Source of the DNA: Gekko japonicus
Taxonomy: Eukaryota
NCBI RefSeq assembly: GCF_001447785.1
Contig: NW_015174329.1
Coordinates: forward strand, 124,001-188,000
Length of the DNA: 64,000 bases
Reading direction: 5' to 3'
A program made the position numbers and the translations under genes. Positions within the stretch are counted from its first letter, which is position 1; each line of letters starts with the position of its first letter. Below are positions 13,766 through 26,798 of the stretch, one piece after another. Below the pieces are notes generated by a model. It was given only the letters and a program-made list of their open reading frames with translations. It did not search any database and had not been told where the DNA came from.

Positions 13766-15536
13766 AGTGCCATTAAATTAAAAAAGCATATGAAGCAAAT
13801 TTGAAACTTGGTTTTGAAAATATAAAAGGGGGAGGGTTAAAATTTTTTTTCATTTTTTGAGCTTGATCCCTAATTAAACATGAATGAGTACACATGGGGG
13901 GGGGGCACAGCAAGATTGTGAACAAATCACAAAATGTTCTGCTGCTCTGAGATACACTGCAAATCCTGACGATCCTCCTTAAGTGGTGATCTCATGCTGG
14001 AAAATGGCAATGACCTCAGTATGGCATTTAGCCATTTAATTATCCCTGGGTAATTAAGTTACCATGGTCACAATAACCTGATTTCTCCATGGCAGTTATT
14101 GACTAAATTGTTCTACACTTGAGCAAATGAGGCATAGATGGCAGCCAGTGTCCTGCGATACTTCCCAGGATCCTTAACAAAATTGCTAACTGGTGTTGTT
14201 CATACCATCTTCTTCTCACCTTGGCTTTGCTTGCCAAAGGCAGATATGCTCTGCACAGCTCTTGTTTTGCTGTTTGCCTGACACTGAAAAAATGGAAGGG
14301 TTATCAAGAGCACCTGGTGGGTTGGGTTCTGTGTGACCGGTCACCCTGTGCATGCCTGGCTTCAGATGCCAAAGGAATAACTGCCAGGGCCCTGTGTGGG
14401 ACATCAGATCAGTGCATATTTGTATGATACCATCAGGTAACCCAGCACAACCACACAAACAGGAGTCTTGCAGCACCTTAAAGTTTAACAGCTTTTAGCA
14501 TAACTTACTCAAGGCTCTTGCCTTCTAAGTGGCCTAATTCAAAGATACCCTTAATTTTATTAGCCCAAGACAGAGGTGAGGTTTATACATCAGATACTTT
14601 GTGCAAATCACTCACTCCAAGCAACCCTTCATTAATCCCATGGACTTCAGTGCCCATTTATTTCAAATGCACACCCGATCCCACCCTGAAAGAACAGCAA
14701 GAAATAAACCTGCAAAACAGGATGAGATTTCTTCAAATAAACTGATATCCCCCTACCATTAGCTGACTGAAGCCTAATCCCTACCCACACAGAAAGGCCT
14801 TACACATTTCTGAAAGATACGGAAGCTTGGGGTCTGTAGTTGGAGGGAGGGAGGGTCAGAGCTGAGGAGTAGCCACCCAGAATTTGAGGCTGGAAAACCC
14901 AGCAGATCCAGCTGCATGCGCACTTGACCAATCTGTTCTCTCCCCCACCCCTCCGCCTTTAAACTTGCCACTGAATAGAGAGATGATGACACAGCCACAG
15001 CTTTTCTAGCCCATCTTCTCCACACACACACACACACAAACACCACTTCTGCTCTGCAGTTCTTCTGGAGCCCTGCTCATTACAGCAGGCGGGAGAAAGT
15101 GGATGGATGACGGGACTAGATAAAACTGAGCTAGAGAGGAGACAGCTCCCTCGTCTAGCAGTTCAGCCACAGACTGAAACGGAAAGCAAAATCTCTGGGT
15201 CGGAATTTTTAAGCCCAGTGGGAGATCTGAAACCCCCCTCCCCCACCTACAGCCATTGTCATATAGATCAGTAAATTCTTTTAATCCCAAAATGACCATT
15301 TCTGCAGAGTGGAGATTGCATGCTGGCTGAACAGACAATTAGGACCAATATCAACCAGCCACAAAGCGAAACATTTGCATTGTTTTTCTTCCCAGCACCA
15401 TGGCCATCTTTAGACCAGAGGCCATAATGTGATCTAAGCAAGTTTCCCATCCACCACCACCCCAAAGTAAGCAACAGTGACAGTTCTTGGGGCTCCAATT
15501 GCCCCATCTAGGGAATCTAACAAAGGGTTTCCTCAC

Positions 15537-15628
15537 CATCAGAGAGCTCCACTTCATAAGGGGACGGTCTTCTTTTCACTCGGCTATTGTTGTACATTGA
15601 GAAGGTGTCTGGCTCCCCAAAAAATCCA
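15537..15628 (-). CDS. TAL1: TAL1 internal coding exon (92 nt)
   Basis: (S)GFFGEPDTFSMYNNSRVKRRPSPYEVELSD(G); ttgcag acceptor, gtgagg donor; phases join both neighbours. Confidence 0.96.
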
Positions 15629-16987
15629 CTGCAAGATAAGAGGCAGAGAACACAATGAGATAAGGAAAACCAACCACCATAGATCACCAGACTTCTGTTG
15701 AAGCCAAGGAGAAACGATTCAATATAATTCAGCTGAGGGTGTACATATATGTCTGTGTGCATACTGTGTGATGAGCATTTATAATATGTGCACATGCTAT
15801 AAATGCTCAGCAAGCACACACCCACACAGAGAGCTTCTTGGACCACAATTCCAAGTATATTTATTCTATGAAATCCATTTGGCCTCTAGCAGAGCCATCC
15901 TAAGCACAGTTACATCCTTCTAAGTCCATTTGAATGTTTCAGGAACTGAAATGTATTACATGCCTGCTTTAAGCACTTTTTGTGTGCATCTAATAGAGAA
16001 GCCAGATATAATTTGCAGCAGCACCTTTTTTTAGCCAACTTTAACCTGATTAAAGTATTGGTTCCAGTAAGTCATTGTCCAAACAGCTACCAACCTCTAA
16101 GAAGCCAGGGTGGACATAGTTTTGGCTTGCAATTGACACAAGAGTCAAGATTATATGGCACTGCATCTTCATATGAAATGATAAAATGATTGCCTGACTC
16201 ACTGTAGTAACTAACACCTGTGAACCCATCTATAAAACCAGCATCTTTCCATTCTGAAGGCACAGTGCCAATATTGCATTGGAACTATGATCAAAGCATA
16301 ATAATTGCTTTTGCTACATTTTATGTTGTTTCCTACTATTAGAGAAGTAAATCCTAACCACTCTTTTATTTTTAGTGTACAAGGACTTTACTATTTTTCT
16401 ATCTGATAAATTCCTCTTTGATAATAACTACAGTTTAAAGAACTCCTCTGAAAAGAATTCACAAATGCTACATTTTAGGAAATTATTTATACTGTCAATA
16501 CAATTCATCCTTCACTTAAACCAGTAATTTGGCACTTAATGGTAGCTACCTGCTGTTGCTTTCAGAAGAAAAGGAAAAGTCGACTACACAAAGGGTAGGT
16601 ACAAACCAGAGAAGAGTCTTTGCTTATTCTCTGCCCTGTGGCAATCTGGCTCATTTACTAAACTTGATCTTAGTCAACAAAGCAAAATTCACATCTGTCC
16701 GTTAAAACTAACCTCAGACAATGCAACACATCGAAAAATATCGAAGACACAGAAGGAAAAGGGAAGAAAGGCTATTTCGAGAAACGGAAGGGAAGGTGGC
16801 AGGGAGACGTTAGGAGGAAACTATGTTTTGGAAATCGATAAATCGGCAAGGCAAAGCTGCGGGAAAGGGAAGGCGCGAGCGGCGACGAGGAGCAGGGAGC
16901 TGCTCGCCAAAGGCACCAAGGCGCGGCGGGCGAAGGAGCGAGCGCTTCCGAGGGCAGACAGGCGGCCCAGGCTGACGAGCGACGGAC

Positions 16988-17538
16988 CTGCTGGCGGTGC
17001 TGAGCGGGGCTCCGAGGCCGTAGAGCATGGCTCTGGCGGGCGGCGGGAGCGGGAGGGCGGGCGCTGCCGCGGGGCTCAGCTGCACCATGCGGGCGTCGTG
17101 GCTGCTGCTGCTGCCGCCGCCACCACCGGGGGGCGTGCCGGGGCCCGTGGCGAGGGCGGTGGGCGCTCTGCTGCTGCTGCTGCTGCCGTTGCTGCCGCCG
17201 CCGCCGCTGTCTCCCGGCTGGCTCTGCATGGCCCCGGCCGGCGCCTCCCTGCCTTTTATAGGGCGGCCGCCGCGCACCAACTCGATCACGGGCACCGGCG
17301 CGGCAGGGGGCGGCGGGCCGGGGGAGGGGGGCGGCCGGCCGGTCTCCTTGGCAACCCCATTGAGCAAGGCCGGCTCCCCCGGGAGCGCCATCCCCCCGCC
17401 GCGCCGCCCAGCCTCCTCGCCGCCGCTGCTGCTGCCGGAGCCCAAGCCCAAGTCCGGCTCGCCGACGCCCTCTGCTCCGGCTCCGGCGCCGCGCGCTGCA
17501 TCCCGCGGCGGGTCACTGGGGGACCTCTCCGTCAGCAT
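16988..17538 (-). CDS. TAL1: TAL1 first coding exon
   Basis: MLTERSPS...LLNGVAKET..VPVIEL..DARMVQLSP..ARAMLY; acceptor cccag|gATG; donor AG|gtccgt; 551+92+419 nt = 353 aa plus stop. Confidence 0.93.
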
Positions 17539-17605
17539 CCTGGGGAGAGAAAAGCCGAGAGGAGACGGCGGCAGGAGGGGGGGGGGAGCGCGGGAGGGGG
17601 GGAGG

Positions 17606-18017
17606 NNNNNNNNNNNNNNNNNNNNNNNNNNNNNNNNNNNNNNNNNNNNNNNNNNNNNNNNNNNNNNNNNNNNNNNNNNNNNNNNNNNNNNNNNNNNNNN
17701 NNNNNNNNNNNNNNNNNNNNNNNNNNNNNNNNNNNNNNNNNNNNNNNNNNNNNNNNNNNNNNNNNNNNNNNNNNNNNNNNNNNNNNNNNNNNNNNNNNNN
17801 NNNNNNNNNNNNNNNNNNNNNNNNNNNNNNNNNNNNNNNNNNNNNNNNNNNNNNNNNNNNNNNNNNNNNNNNNNNNNNNNNNNNNNNNNNNNNNNNNNNN
17901 NNNNNNNNNNNNNNNNNNNNNNNNNNNNNNNNNNNNNNNNNNNNNNNNNNNNNNNNNNNNNNNNNNNNNNNNNNNNNNNNNNNNNNNNNNNNNNNNNNNN
18001 NNNNNNNNNNNNNNNNN
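17606..18017. other. Assembly gap
   Basis: Run of N. Confidence 1.
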
Positions 18018-19537
18018 GGGCGGGCGGGCGGGCGGGGGGGTAACAGAGCTGCCGTTGAGCCAGACTTTGCATTTCCCTAGAGCTCGTTCTCCCGGCACAC
18101 AAAAGAAGCGCGGCAAGGAGGCTGACTTTGGCGAAACCTGCCACCGCGTCCACGACCCCCTTCTAGCGCCGCCGTGCCAGGAGGGGCTGCCCTGGACCCG
18201 AGGCGGGCGGGAGCCTTCTGCGGGGTGGGCCTCCCCCGCTGCGCCGCCGATCTGGCCAGAGGGCCTCCTTCGCCTCCCCGCCTGCCTCGCCAGAGAGGGA
18301 CTCAGGGCCGTGGGCCGTTGATCGGTGTCGATGCACAACTAGGGCAACCGGACTGTCGGGCCAGGCTCAACTGTGCCGATCGAAAGCAACCGGTTAAATT
18401 CTCTGTCTTGCATTTCAGTCGGAGTCCCGCTGCCGGCGATATGAATGGGGCTTGTTCCAAAGAGATTGGAGCGTCTCATTGAAGCGGGTTTTAGTGCGGG
18501 GGCTGGGCCCCGGACTGGCGGCCCTTGCGCTTACCTAGAATGTGGGGCGCTGCTGGAAACGGGACTCCGAAGCGCGCAGCAGCCCCGCACGGTCGGGGAG
18601 CCAGGCGCATTCTGAGAGAGACACGACGGACTGCTTGACATGTTCCGTGGCTTTGTCGGAGAATGCCAGATCCCAGAAAGCGACCTGAGGAGGCCCAGGT
18701 CCTAATCCACATCTCATCTCTGATTTTGGCAAACCTTCCTGTACTTTCCCTGTCCATAATTAAGCCATGGGTTGAACTATTTGCAGGCGGTAATCCTAGG
18801 CTCGCTTACTCGAGAGTAAACGAATTCTGTGGTTTGCTTCCGAGTAAATAGCCACAAGACCGGGTGTACTGCCCAATCATGAGCATGTTTGCTCAGAAAC
18901 AAGTGCCACAAAGGGCGATATGATTTATTCAGTAGCAGTTCTCTTTAGGTCTATAGTCTTAACAACAACAACAACAACACCCCCCCCCCCATTTCAGTTT
19001 TGTACACTGAGATTCTCATTGTTTTCAAGCACAGAAGAACCACGGGCATCTGAAACAAATTTAAATTAGAGATGGCTGACGATGAGCTATAAGGGAATGG
19101 GTATTAGATTCTTTTTTAACGCTTAACTGCAACATAATTATTTCCAGTGAATTTTCTCTCCTGAATTGCGCCTTGTTAATTTCACGCCTCAGGTACAAAT
19201 CCAGTCCGCCCGCCTCGCTCCACCGTGCTGAGAAACAGCTGGCTGCCCGCGATCCGAAGGGGCGACTCTCAAATGAGCTGTTTCTGCGGGCATAATGGGG
19301 CTTGAACGTCTGATGTGTGTCCCCCCCCCAGGTCGCACTGAGGGTCAGAGTTTGGCACTGGGAAACCCGAGTTCGGATCCCCACTCGCTGTAGCGGCCTC
19401 CGAACTTCTCGGTTTCCGGGCTGCAATAGAAATGTCCTCAACAAAGAAACGAGGGACAGCCCTAAACATCTTCCTTTTAATTTCAAGCGAACCAAGTTAT
19501 GTTCAAGACGTTTGTTCGGGATAGGTTGCTTGCTAGC

Positions 19538-19732
19538 AATGCTCCCTCTAATCTGTGGAATCTTGTGAGCAAAAATTCGACTTTGTGAGCTACTGGCCTT
19601 AAAGTCATGAGCGAGCAATTTGCCTGCTGCATAAATTAGTTTTGTCTGGAGCCATCCTTCCTGAGCCAAGACAAAAATGTGTGAGCCAGAGGCTAAAAAA
19701 CTGAACTAGCTCACACTAACTCAGCTTAGAGG
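19538..19732. mobile_element. Non-autonomous DNA transposon, same family as 2688-2900
   Basis: High similarity to 2688-2900. Confidence 0.8.
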
Positions 19733-20315
19733 GTCCGAGTGGCTTGCAGAGTGATTTGTAAACAACACAAAGAAAGCCACACTGAGTCCGGAGTACTATC
19801 CCTGATCTCTTGTGGGACCCGCAGCCCCGGCGATGCCGAAGTAAGCAGTTCAGACGCTGCAGCAGCATGCACTCTGTAACCCCAGGGATTCATTCAATAG
19901 ACTTGAAATCGACGTCGATCCCGTTTAACCGACCACCTTGCCTTCCTCATACAATGGAAGTGTTCAATTGTTCCCCGAGAACCCTTGTATTCCACGCCAA
20001 ACAACCTACATATTCTTATCTTAACTCCAATGGGATTTGCCTTGTGGTAAATCGTCTTTGAGGGGACGGGGATTTCTCTCGTAGCCTCTGTGAGTGTGCA
20101 ATTGAGGTAGATCGTGGGGGGGGGGGGGGGCAGCCCGGAGAATGTCACCCTCAGAACAGCCTTACTCGCTCTTTGACGAGCCAAGATCTCCCTCCCCACT
20201 CTCGCTCCCTCTTATTGGGGTTTCTTCTAGGGGGAAATACAGCCCACATCTGTCAGATTTAGGTAGAAACGCCGGCACTCCTCCTTCTGCAACAAAACCC
20301 CTGCCGTTGTCCGGG

Positions 20316-20352
20316 TGTTGGACTGAGTGTTTTCAACTTGTAATACCCAACA
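20316..20352 (-). mobile_element. 37-bp internally deleted Copia solo-LTR remnant
   Basis: TGTTGG...CCAACA ends; 31 nt match the LTR termini at ~25355-25385 and ~39791-39820; flanks CCGGG/CCAGG. Confidence 0.75.
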
Positions 20353-23064
20353 CCAGGCCTCCTCCTCCTCCTCTCCTCCCACCCCGTCTACGATCCTAAA
20401 GCAGACTCCTATCGCAGCCGTGTAGCTTCAGTATGGTGTAAAACGTCTCCTTCACTAGCCTCTACAAAACCACGGAGCGCGAAAAATCCGCATCCAACCC
20501 GGCGGGGGGGGGGGAGGAGTTGGGCGACTTTAGACGAATCTCGCCCATCAGTTTGAATGTCAAAAGCAATTCAGTTTCTCTCGATACTTCGAATTTGCTT
20601 CAAAAAACCCCCCCCCCCCCGCCGCCATTCTGGAAACGGAGATATCTGCAGATATGCGACAGTTACTGTTCCCTTTGCAGTACAGACCATCGCCCCCTTC
20701 TAGTTAGGTTATGGTTTATTTTTCAATTTTGGGGGGCTATCGATGTCCTTTTATTTTCAGTTTCAGGGAGATGCCTGTGTAATTCCGAAGTCTTGCTTCT
20801 GTAGCCTGCTGTTGAAAACCAGCTTGGTCCAAAGACAATCCTTTTGCCAGTTCGATGCTTCCTTCCTGTCCTAATGAAGACAAAACAAGGCGGATCTTTA
20901 GTGAGGGAGCCGCGATCCTCAAGGCAGTTGGATTGTTCTTTCCAAACGCGCCACTGGCTCTAGAGGAAGCCGGAGTCAATCAACCAAGTAAGCGGTCTGC
21001 AAATGGCAGATAAGCTTGGCGTGCAAGTCAGGCGTCTTCTTAATGGGGATCTGGCGGACTAAATCGCATTTGGGAGTTTTGTCGCAAAGAGACTCTATCC
21101 AGGGCCGGCAGGAAACCTCCCCCCCCCCCCCCCACCTCTGCGGCGCACCCCCCCCCCATATCTCTCGGGCACTTTCAAATAATACTGCAGATACACAGAG
21201 CATCCTAGTGCTGAATTAACTGTTGTGGACTTAATTTATTCAGATGTGATGATGGCTTCAACACTAGAATAGACACATTTCATAGTCTATCAATGGCTAT
21301 TGGGCATCGAACCTCCATGTTTAGAGGCAGTATATCTTTGAATACTAGATGCTGGAAACACCCGACAGGCAAGGTCGAAGCTTTGGTGAAATTCTTATTT
21401 ATTTTATATTGATTTATTTTGACACCTATGGGCTTTTCTCCCCGTCCCCCCCCCCCCGCGCCTGGCTCACAAAATGTGTCTATTAAAAGATAATATCCAT
21501 AAGGCACCATTACGCAATTTAATCGCAGTACATTCCTAAATTAAAACGCCAAATAAAAACCAAAAGCATGAACAGCTATCTTTCTCTGCGCAGAGGGCGT
21601 CTGGCTGGCCATTGCTGGAGGAGTGCTCTGTTAGACGGGCCGCTGGTCTGACCCAGCAAACCGCGTGGTGACCTGAATAATCTCCACTATTGGAGTGGTC
21701 GATGCCGAGTACCAGGGTCGTCCGCATTGTCATGCGATGTGGAAATGAAGGTCAGGACGACGGGGGATCTTCTTTCTAAACTGCTTCCCCACCCCCCACC
21801 CCAGACTTGTGGCGGGTGCGAAGTATGCTTCCACACGCCCAACACCTGGGCCTAGTCACAGACAAACATCTAGTTGCATCACAGGCTACGAATTTCCACG
21901 TGAACTTGACGCGTGCAGACTGGAGAACCGAAACCAGAGATGCTGTCCCGTCGTCTCTCACCTGAAGCCTCCCCGACTCGCTTATAACAATAATCAGTAA
22001 AAAGAATTCAGCTAACGAATTGCGTGAATGGATGAGTCCGAGCTGGCTGGAAATCACTCAGCTTCCAACATGCCTCGTCTAAGAATAACAGAATGAGGGA
22101 CGCAGAGAAACCGTGTTTTTATTAGAGGGAAAACAGACCGCTCCGCCCGTTTGCGTGCAGCTGCAGGCCGTGTCTCAGAGCCGCCGGGCGAAGCCTTCGG
22201 GGCCCGTCCGTTTCCCAGCCCTTGAGGGTCAGGGCGGAGAGCCTCTCCGAAGGCGAATCCTCGGAGCTCCCCTAGTCCCCAGGCCCGGTCGTGTCCCCCC
22301 ACCCCCCACCCCGCTTCTCCCTCGGGCACCTTCAGGCACGCGGTGGGAAACCAGCCCTCATTTCCTGATCGGCCCGGGGACGGAGAGGGTGGCAGAAGAG
22401 AGTCGTGACTCCCCTCTTGAGCCGCCGCCGCCCCTTTGGCTTGGCCGCAGCCGTCGCGGCTTCTTTTGTGTTCTCGGTTGGCTGCCGTGTGGCTCGGTCA
22501 GGACACCGATGGGAGACTTAAGAGGACGGAACGGCGGCAGCGCCTTCCTTCCCTCGGTCTTGTTCGGCGGCTGCTTCTCTTCGGGTGGCTCCGCACCAGG
22601 CCTCGGCATGGCTGGGGAAGGACCCGGCCAGATGGAACCCAAACCGGGTCTAGGGTAGAAAGCGGGAGCTGCCCTTGCCGAAAACGGGTTCTTTTCTGGC
22701 CGTTGTCGCGAATTTGGCTGCGTGACTCACCTCGGTGCTTAGCGGCTGAAAAGCAAGCCCTCTGCAGAACCCCAGAAAAAGACCGGTCCTCCCGTTCCGC
22801 TCTCCCTTCCGGGAGATGTGTAGAGTCACAATATTATTTTAACCTTCCTTACAGACATAAACGCAATGAAGTGCAGAAGGGGAGATTTCATGTCAGGAAC
22901 GGTGCAGGTTTTGCTATTGTTTGTAATGCCGAGCCTCGTTTTCACGCGGTTCGCCTTTCGCCCCGCTCCCCCCCCCCCCCTTTCTTTTTTGGGCAATCTT
23001 TCCCACCCCGGTTCCCAGCCAGAGGCTGCAGGAGACCGGCGCAGCCGAGAAAACCTCTCTTTTT

Positions 23065-23115
23065 ACTCACCATTTGCTTTTCTTTGGTGACAATGACTGG
23101 AGCCATTTTGAGGCT
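23065..23115 (-). promoter_or_regulatory. TAL1: Probable TAL1 exon 1b 3' end: YY1-type motif (CAAAATGGCT) and splice donor ATG|GTGAGT
   Basis: Consensus donor at 23070-23065, ~250 bp downstream of promoter 1a. Confidence 0.55.
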
Positions 23116-23166
23116 GGATATATTTATTTATATAACTCTATTTCCCGCCTCCCTTTGCTGTAAAAA

Positions 23167-23215
23167 AGAGAGAGAGAGAGAGAGAGAGGAGAAGAAGAAG
23201 AAGAAAAAGAAGAAG
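23167..23215. repeat. (GA)n/(GAA)n polypurine tract
   Basis: Directly visible. Confidence 0.9.
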
Positions 23216-23314
23216 TAGGGCTGGGTGGCTTCACAGCGCCGGGATCTCATTCCCACCACATCACGTCCAGTTTCCTATTTAGTATGGAGAGCGGAACCCT
23301 GGAGCAATGTGGCC

Positions 23315-23415
23315 GAGAGAGATAAGGCGCCGGCAATGGCCCGCCTGCCCTGATAAGCCCCTAAACCCATTATTTATGAAATGATTCATTATTATTTGGC
23401 AATTTTATCGAAGGA
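23315..23415 (-). promoter_or_regulatory. TAL1: TAL1/SCL promoter 1a
   Basis: Three GATA motifs (23321, 23352, ~23405), GC box, and AATGAATCATTT element (23390-23379), matching the known SCL promoter 1a layout. Confidence 0.82.
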
Positions 23416-24714
23416 AAGCGGAAAATTATTGCTGGGATCTGCAGAGAGAGAGGGGGACTTTGGAATGCACGCCTTCCAGCTTTGTGTTTGTGTGTGAGTC
23501 TAGAGGGTGTGTGCTTTTAAAAGACGACTGACTAGGGAGAGAGAAGGAAGGAATAAACTATTCGCCAGGAGTCGGACGGCCCCCATTTGAATAACGAGCA
23601 TTTCTTTTGGCTCTCTTGGAGGTTATTATCCTCCCCTGTGTGCCCCCCCCCGCAATTAAATATGGAACACCAACTCGGCTCTTAATTAAATTTAATGAGC
23701 CAAAATAAAACGGATCGAGATATTGGAAAGGGGGAGGAAAGTCCGCCGCTGGAGAGTAGTAACTGGGGAAAGGGAGAGGCCTGCCTGGGTCCATGCAGTA
23801 AACAAAAGAAATGGAACATATTATTATACTACTCCACTCCCCCAAAACACAATTCTTCACGGGAGGCACAACGGTTGAGCACAAGATTTACTAACTGAGT
23901 TGAGGCTGGCAAAACCGGAGCAAGTCGGAGAGGCGAGGGGGAGGCTTATTTTAGTTTAAGGACGGCAATCGGTGTGAGGGCGTCCTATGCAACGCTTCTC
24001 CAGCTCAGCCACTGCGGTGTAGCTACCTTTCCCCTAGTTTAATGTAGGTTAGATCTATACGGAGGAATGGGAAATGTGGATTCCTGGTAGAACATCTCCC
24101 TCCAGTTAATATTCCCCTGAAATCCAAAGGACGCAGATACAGAGAAGAGGAGCAGGGGGAGCAGACAGACACGTCGATTGTCCTAGTAGCCCTTCGACCT
24201 GAGCTTTATCGCGTCGAGATGGAGGATGTCCCGCCCCCCCCCCATTTTAGATCCATTTTTTCACCAGTAGGCAGGGCCGGATTAAGACACGCTGAGACCC
24301 AAAACATTTTAAGCTTTTAAAAAAATGTATTTAAAGGTCCCTTGTGATGGGAGGACCTTAATTGTAGATTACTTATTTTGTGCATAAATCTAGAGCTGCC
24401 GACGAACCTCAAATCTTCCTAGACCTGTATCTTCCTCGATCGAAGTTCTCTCTCATTTCCTTGCACCCTAATATAGTTTCCTATCGAATACACTGTCCAA
24501 TAAGAAAAGTTATAAAATGCCTTTGCACTGATCTGCTTGTATTTCTGCTCTTTCCAACGGACAAATGGCCCATAATCACAGCACTTCAGTGTGTTCCGAA
24601 TTAACATCTGGGTGGCGTTTGATGAGAATCAGAATTCTCACTCCATCTATACCGAACGTCTTGAAAGAACAGGAGATGAGTCCCAGTACTCCAGACTGCA
24701 CATTTGAAACTGGC

Positions 24715-24757
24715 NNNNNNNNNNNNNNNNNNNNNNNNNNNNNNNNNNNNNNNNNNN
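24715..24757. other. Assembly gap
   Basis: Run of N. Confidence 1.
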
Positions 24758-24992
24758 AGTCTCAAACTGGCTATTTTATCTCTGAAATCCTAAAGCATAT
24801 CGCCAAAGCACATTCTGTGTCTGAAGAAGTGTGCATGCACACGAAAGCTCATACCCAGAATAAACCTTTGTTGGTCTTAAAGGAGCCACGGAAGCGAACT
24901 CTGTTTTGCTGCTTCAGACCAACACGGCTACTCACCTGAATCTATGTTAAAAATTCAGATACTGGGAACAGGCAGGAAAACGGTACTCTGCT

Positions 24993-26325
24993 TGACAGGT
25001 TCATCTATTCTTTTAAGTAAGTCAGCAGAGTATTAAGAGACTGAGTCCATGGTGTGTTTTAAAATATAAGAGTTTACTATAAACCTAACATGGGGAAAAG
25101 GTACACAGGATATGAAAATAACAGAGCTATTATGCCTACATCCTTGCAGCTAAAAGGTAAAACGGGAAGAGCCGAATGGCGTCTCCTTCTCTAGTCAGAA
25201 CAAAGAACGGGAAGAGAAGCCATAAAATGGCTTGACACTCTAGTCCCAATCAAATCCCTAGATCAGGGAGAAAATTCCCGGGCTTGCTACATCTAAAGAA
25301 CATTGGTTACACGAGAAACATGTGACTTAACAAACATCATTAACCCTGTAAATACTGAGGTGTTTTTAACTTGTAATACCCAACACCCCTTCTCAAGTTA
25401 TAACACGAAAGTCATGCAAATTCAAACATTCAGGAAGAGTCTCAAAACGTTGCTTGTCAAGCGGCTTGGTCAAGATGTCGCCAATCATCTGATCAGTAGG
25501 ACAGTATTGGAGTTCAATCAGTCCTTGATCTTGCAGGTCTTTCACATAGTTATGTTTGAGAGCGATGATCTTACTCTTGGATATGGTGCTCTCACCTTTG
25601 CAGATAGTGATGCAAGCTTGATTATCTTCAAACAGTATTATTGGCTTTGGTTCATCTATTCCAAAGTCTTTCAGTAGGTGAATAATCCAGTAAAGTTCAT
25701 AGCTGGCACTTTGCGCTGATTCAGCTTCCACGGTAGAAATAGCTACGACAGATTGCTTTTATAGTGATGCAAGCTTGATTATCTTCAAACAGTATTATTG
25801 GCTTTGGTTCATCTATTCCAAAGTCTTTCAGTAGGTGAATAATCCAGTAAAGTTCATAGCTGGCACTTTGCGCTGATTCAGCTTCCACGGTAGAAATAGC
25901 TACGACAGATTGCTTTTGACTAGTCCATTCAATCAAACTTGTATCCACTTGTAGATTTGCCATCAGGTGTGTCTTTGCCCCAGTTGGCATCCATTAATCC
26001 AGTCAGTCTTGGGTCATCACAGGCTAAGATTTTAAGTTTGTAGTCCAAAGTTCCTATTAGATATCTTGCCAGTCTCTTTATAGCTTTCCAGTCATGGATG
26101 GTTGGTGAGCTGGTCTTTCTGCATAACAGTCCAACAGCTGAAGTTATATCTGGTCTGCAGATTGTGCTCAAGTATAATAATTTTCCAATTGTGGATCTGT
26201 ATTCATGGTTGTCTTTAAGTAGTGGTCCATCTGTATTCTTGAGGTAATCCTTTTCAAGAGGAGTGCTCACTTGTTTGGAATGTTTCATTCCCACAGATTC
26301 AATAAAGTCCATGATCTTTTGCTTT
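24993..26325 (-). mobile_element. Truncated Copia LTR retrotransposon (element A): 3' LTR 24993-25385, PPT, RT/RNase H remnant
   Basis: TG..CA LTR; PPT TGAGAAGGGG; RT-RNaseH peptides closely similar to the C-terminus of the 27951 ORF; 157-bp internal tandem duplication. Confidence 0.92.
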
Positions 26326-26358
26326 TGTAACGATTTCATGTTTAACTCTGTGTGTGTG

Positions 26359-26798
26359 TGTTGGAAGTTACAAGTTAGAACACTTCTATTCAGTATTTAC
26401 TGAGTTAATGCTGTGTTCTGAATCACATGTTTGTTTGTATCCTATCTGCTTAGAGAGTTAGAAAGCCCGCCAGATACAGATCTAGTTTGTTGTTCTGATT
26501 GGGGAATGGAGTGTTACTATTTAGCATTTTATGGCTCTTTGTCCCTGAGCAAGAAGAAGCTCCACTCTCCATTAGACTTTAGCCATGTAAGGAAGTCTCC
26601 ATTACTCTTCGTTAAGTTTTCTAGATGAGAGGATGTAGAAATAAAGCTCTTTGTTATTTTACCTCCTGTTTACCCTACCCTTGATAGGTTGTTAGTAAAC
26701 TTTTATATTTTGAAACTACCATGGACTCAGACTCATTTTTACTCTGCTAACTCTGCTGAATTAAGAAATTAAGAAATTAAATACTAAACCATCTAACA
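26359..26798 (+). mobile_element. Copia 5' LTR (element C)
   Basis: TGTTGG...CTAACA; near-identical to 31321-31757; preceded by GTGTG TSD. Confidence 0.92.

Larger units (their letters stand above)
16830..24240. other. TAL1: CpG-rich domain over the TAL1 first coding exon, 5' introns and promoter
   Basis: Visibly high GC and CpG content relative to flanks. Confidence 0.75.

Noticed and set aside
16828-18338. Long plus-strand and alternative-frame ORFs over TAL1's first coding exon
   Set aside because: GC-rich shadow ORFs inflated by the N gap
22113-23218. 181- and 260-aa plus-strand ORFs
   Set aside because: CpG-island sequence ending in a GA microsatellite; no recognisable domain
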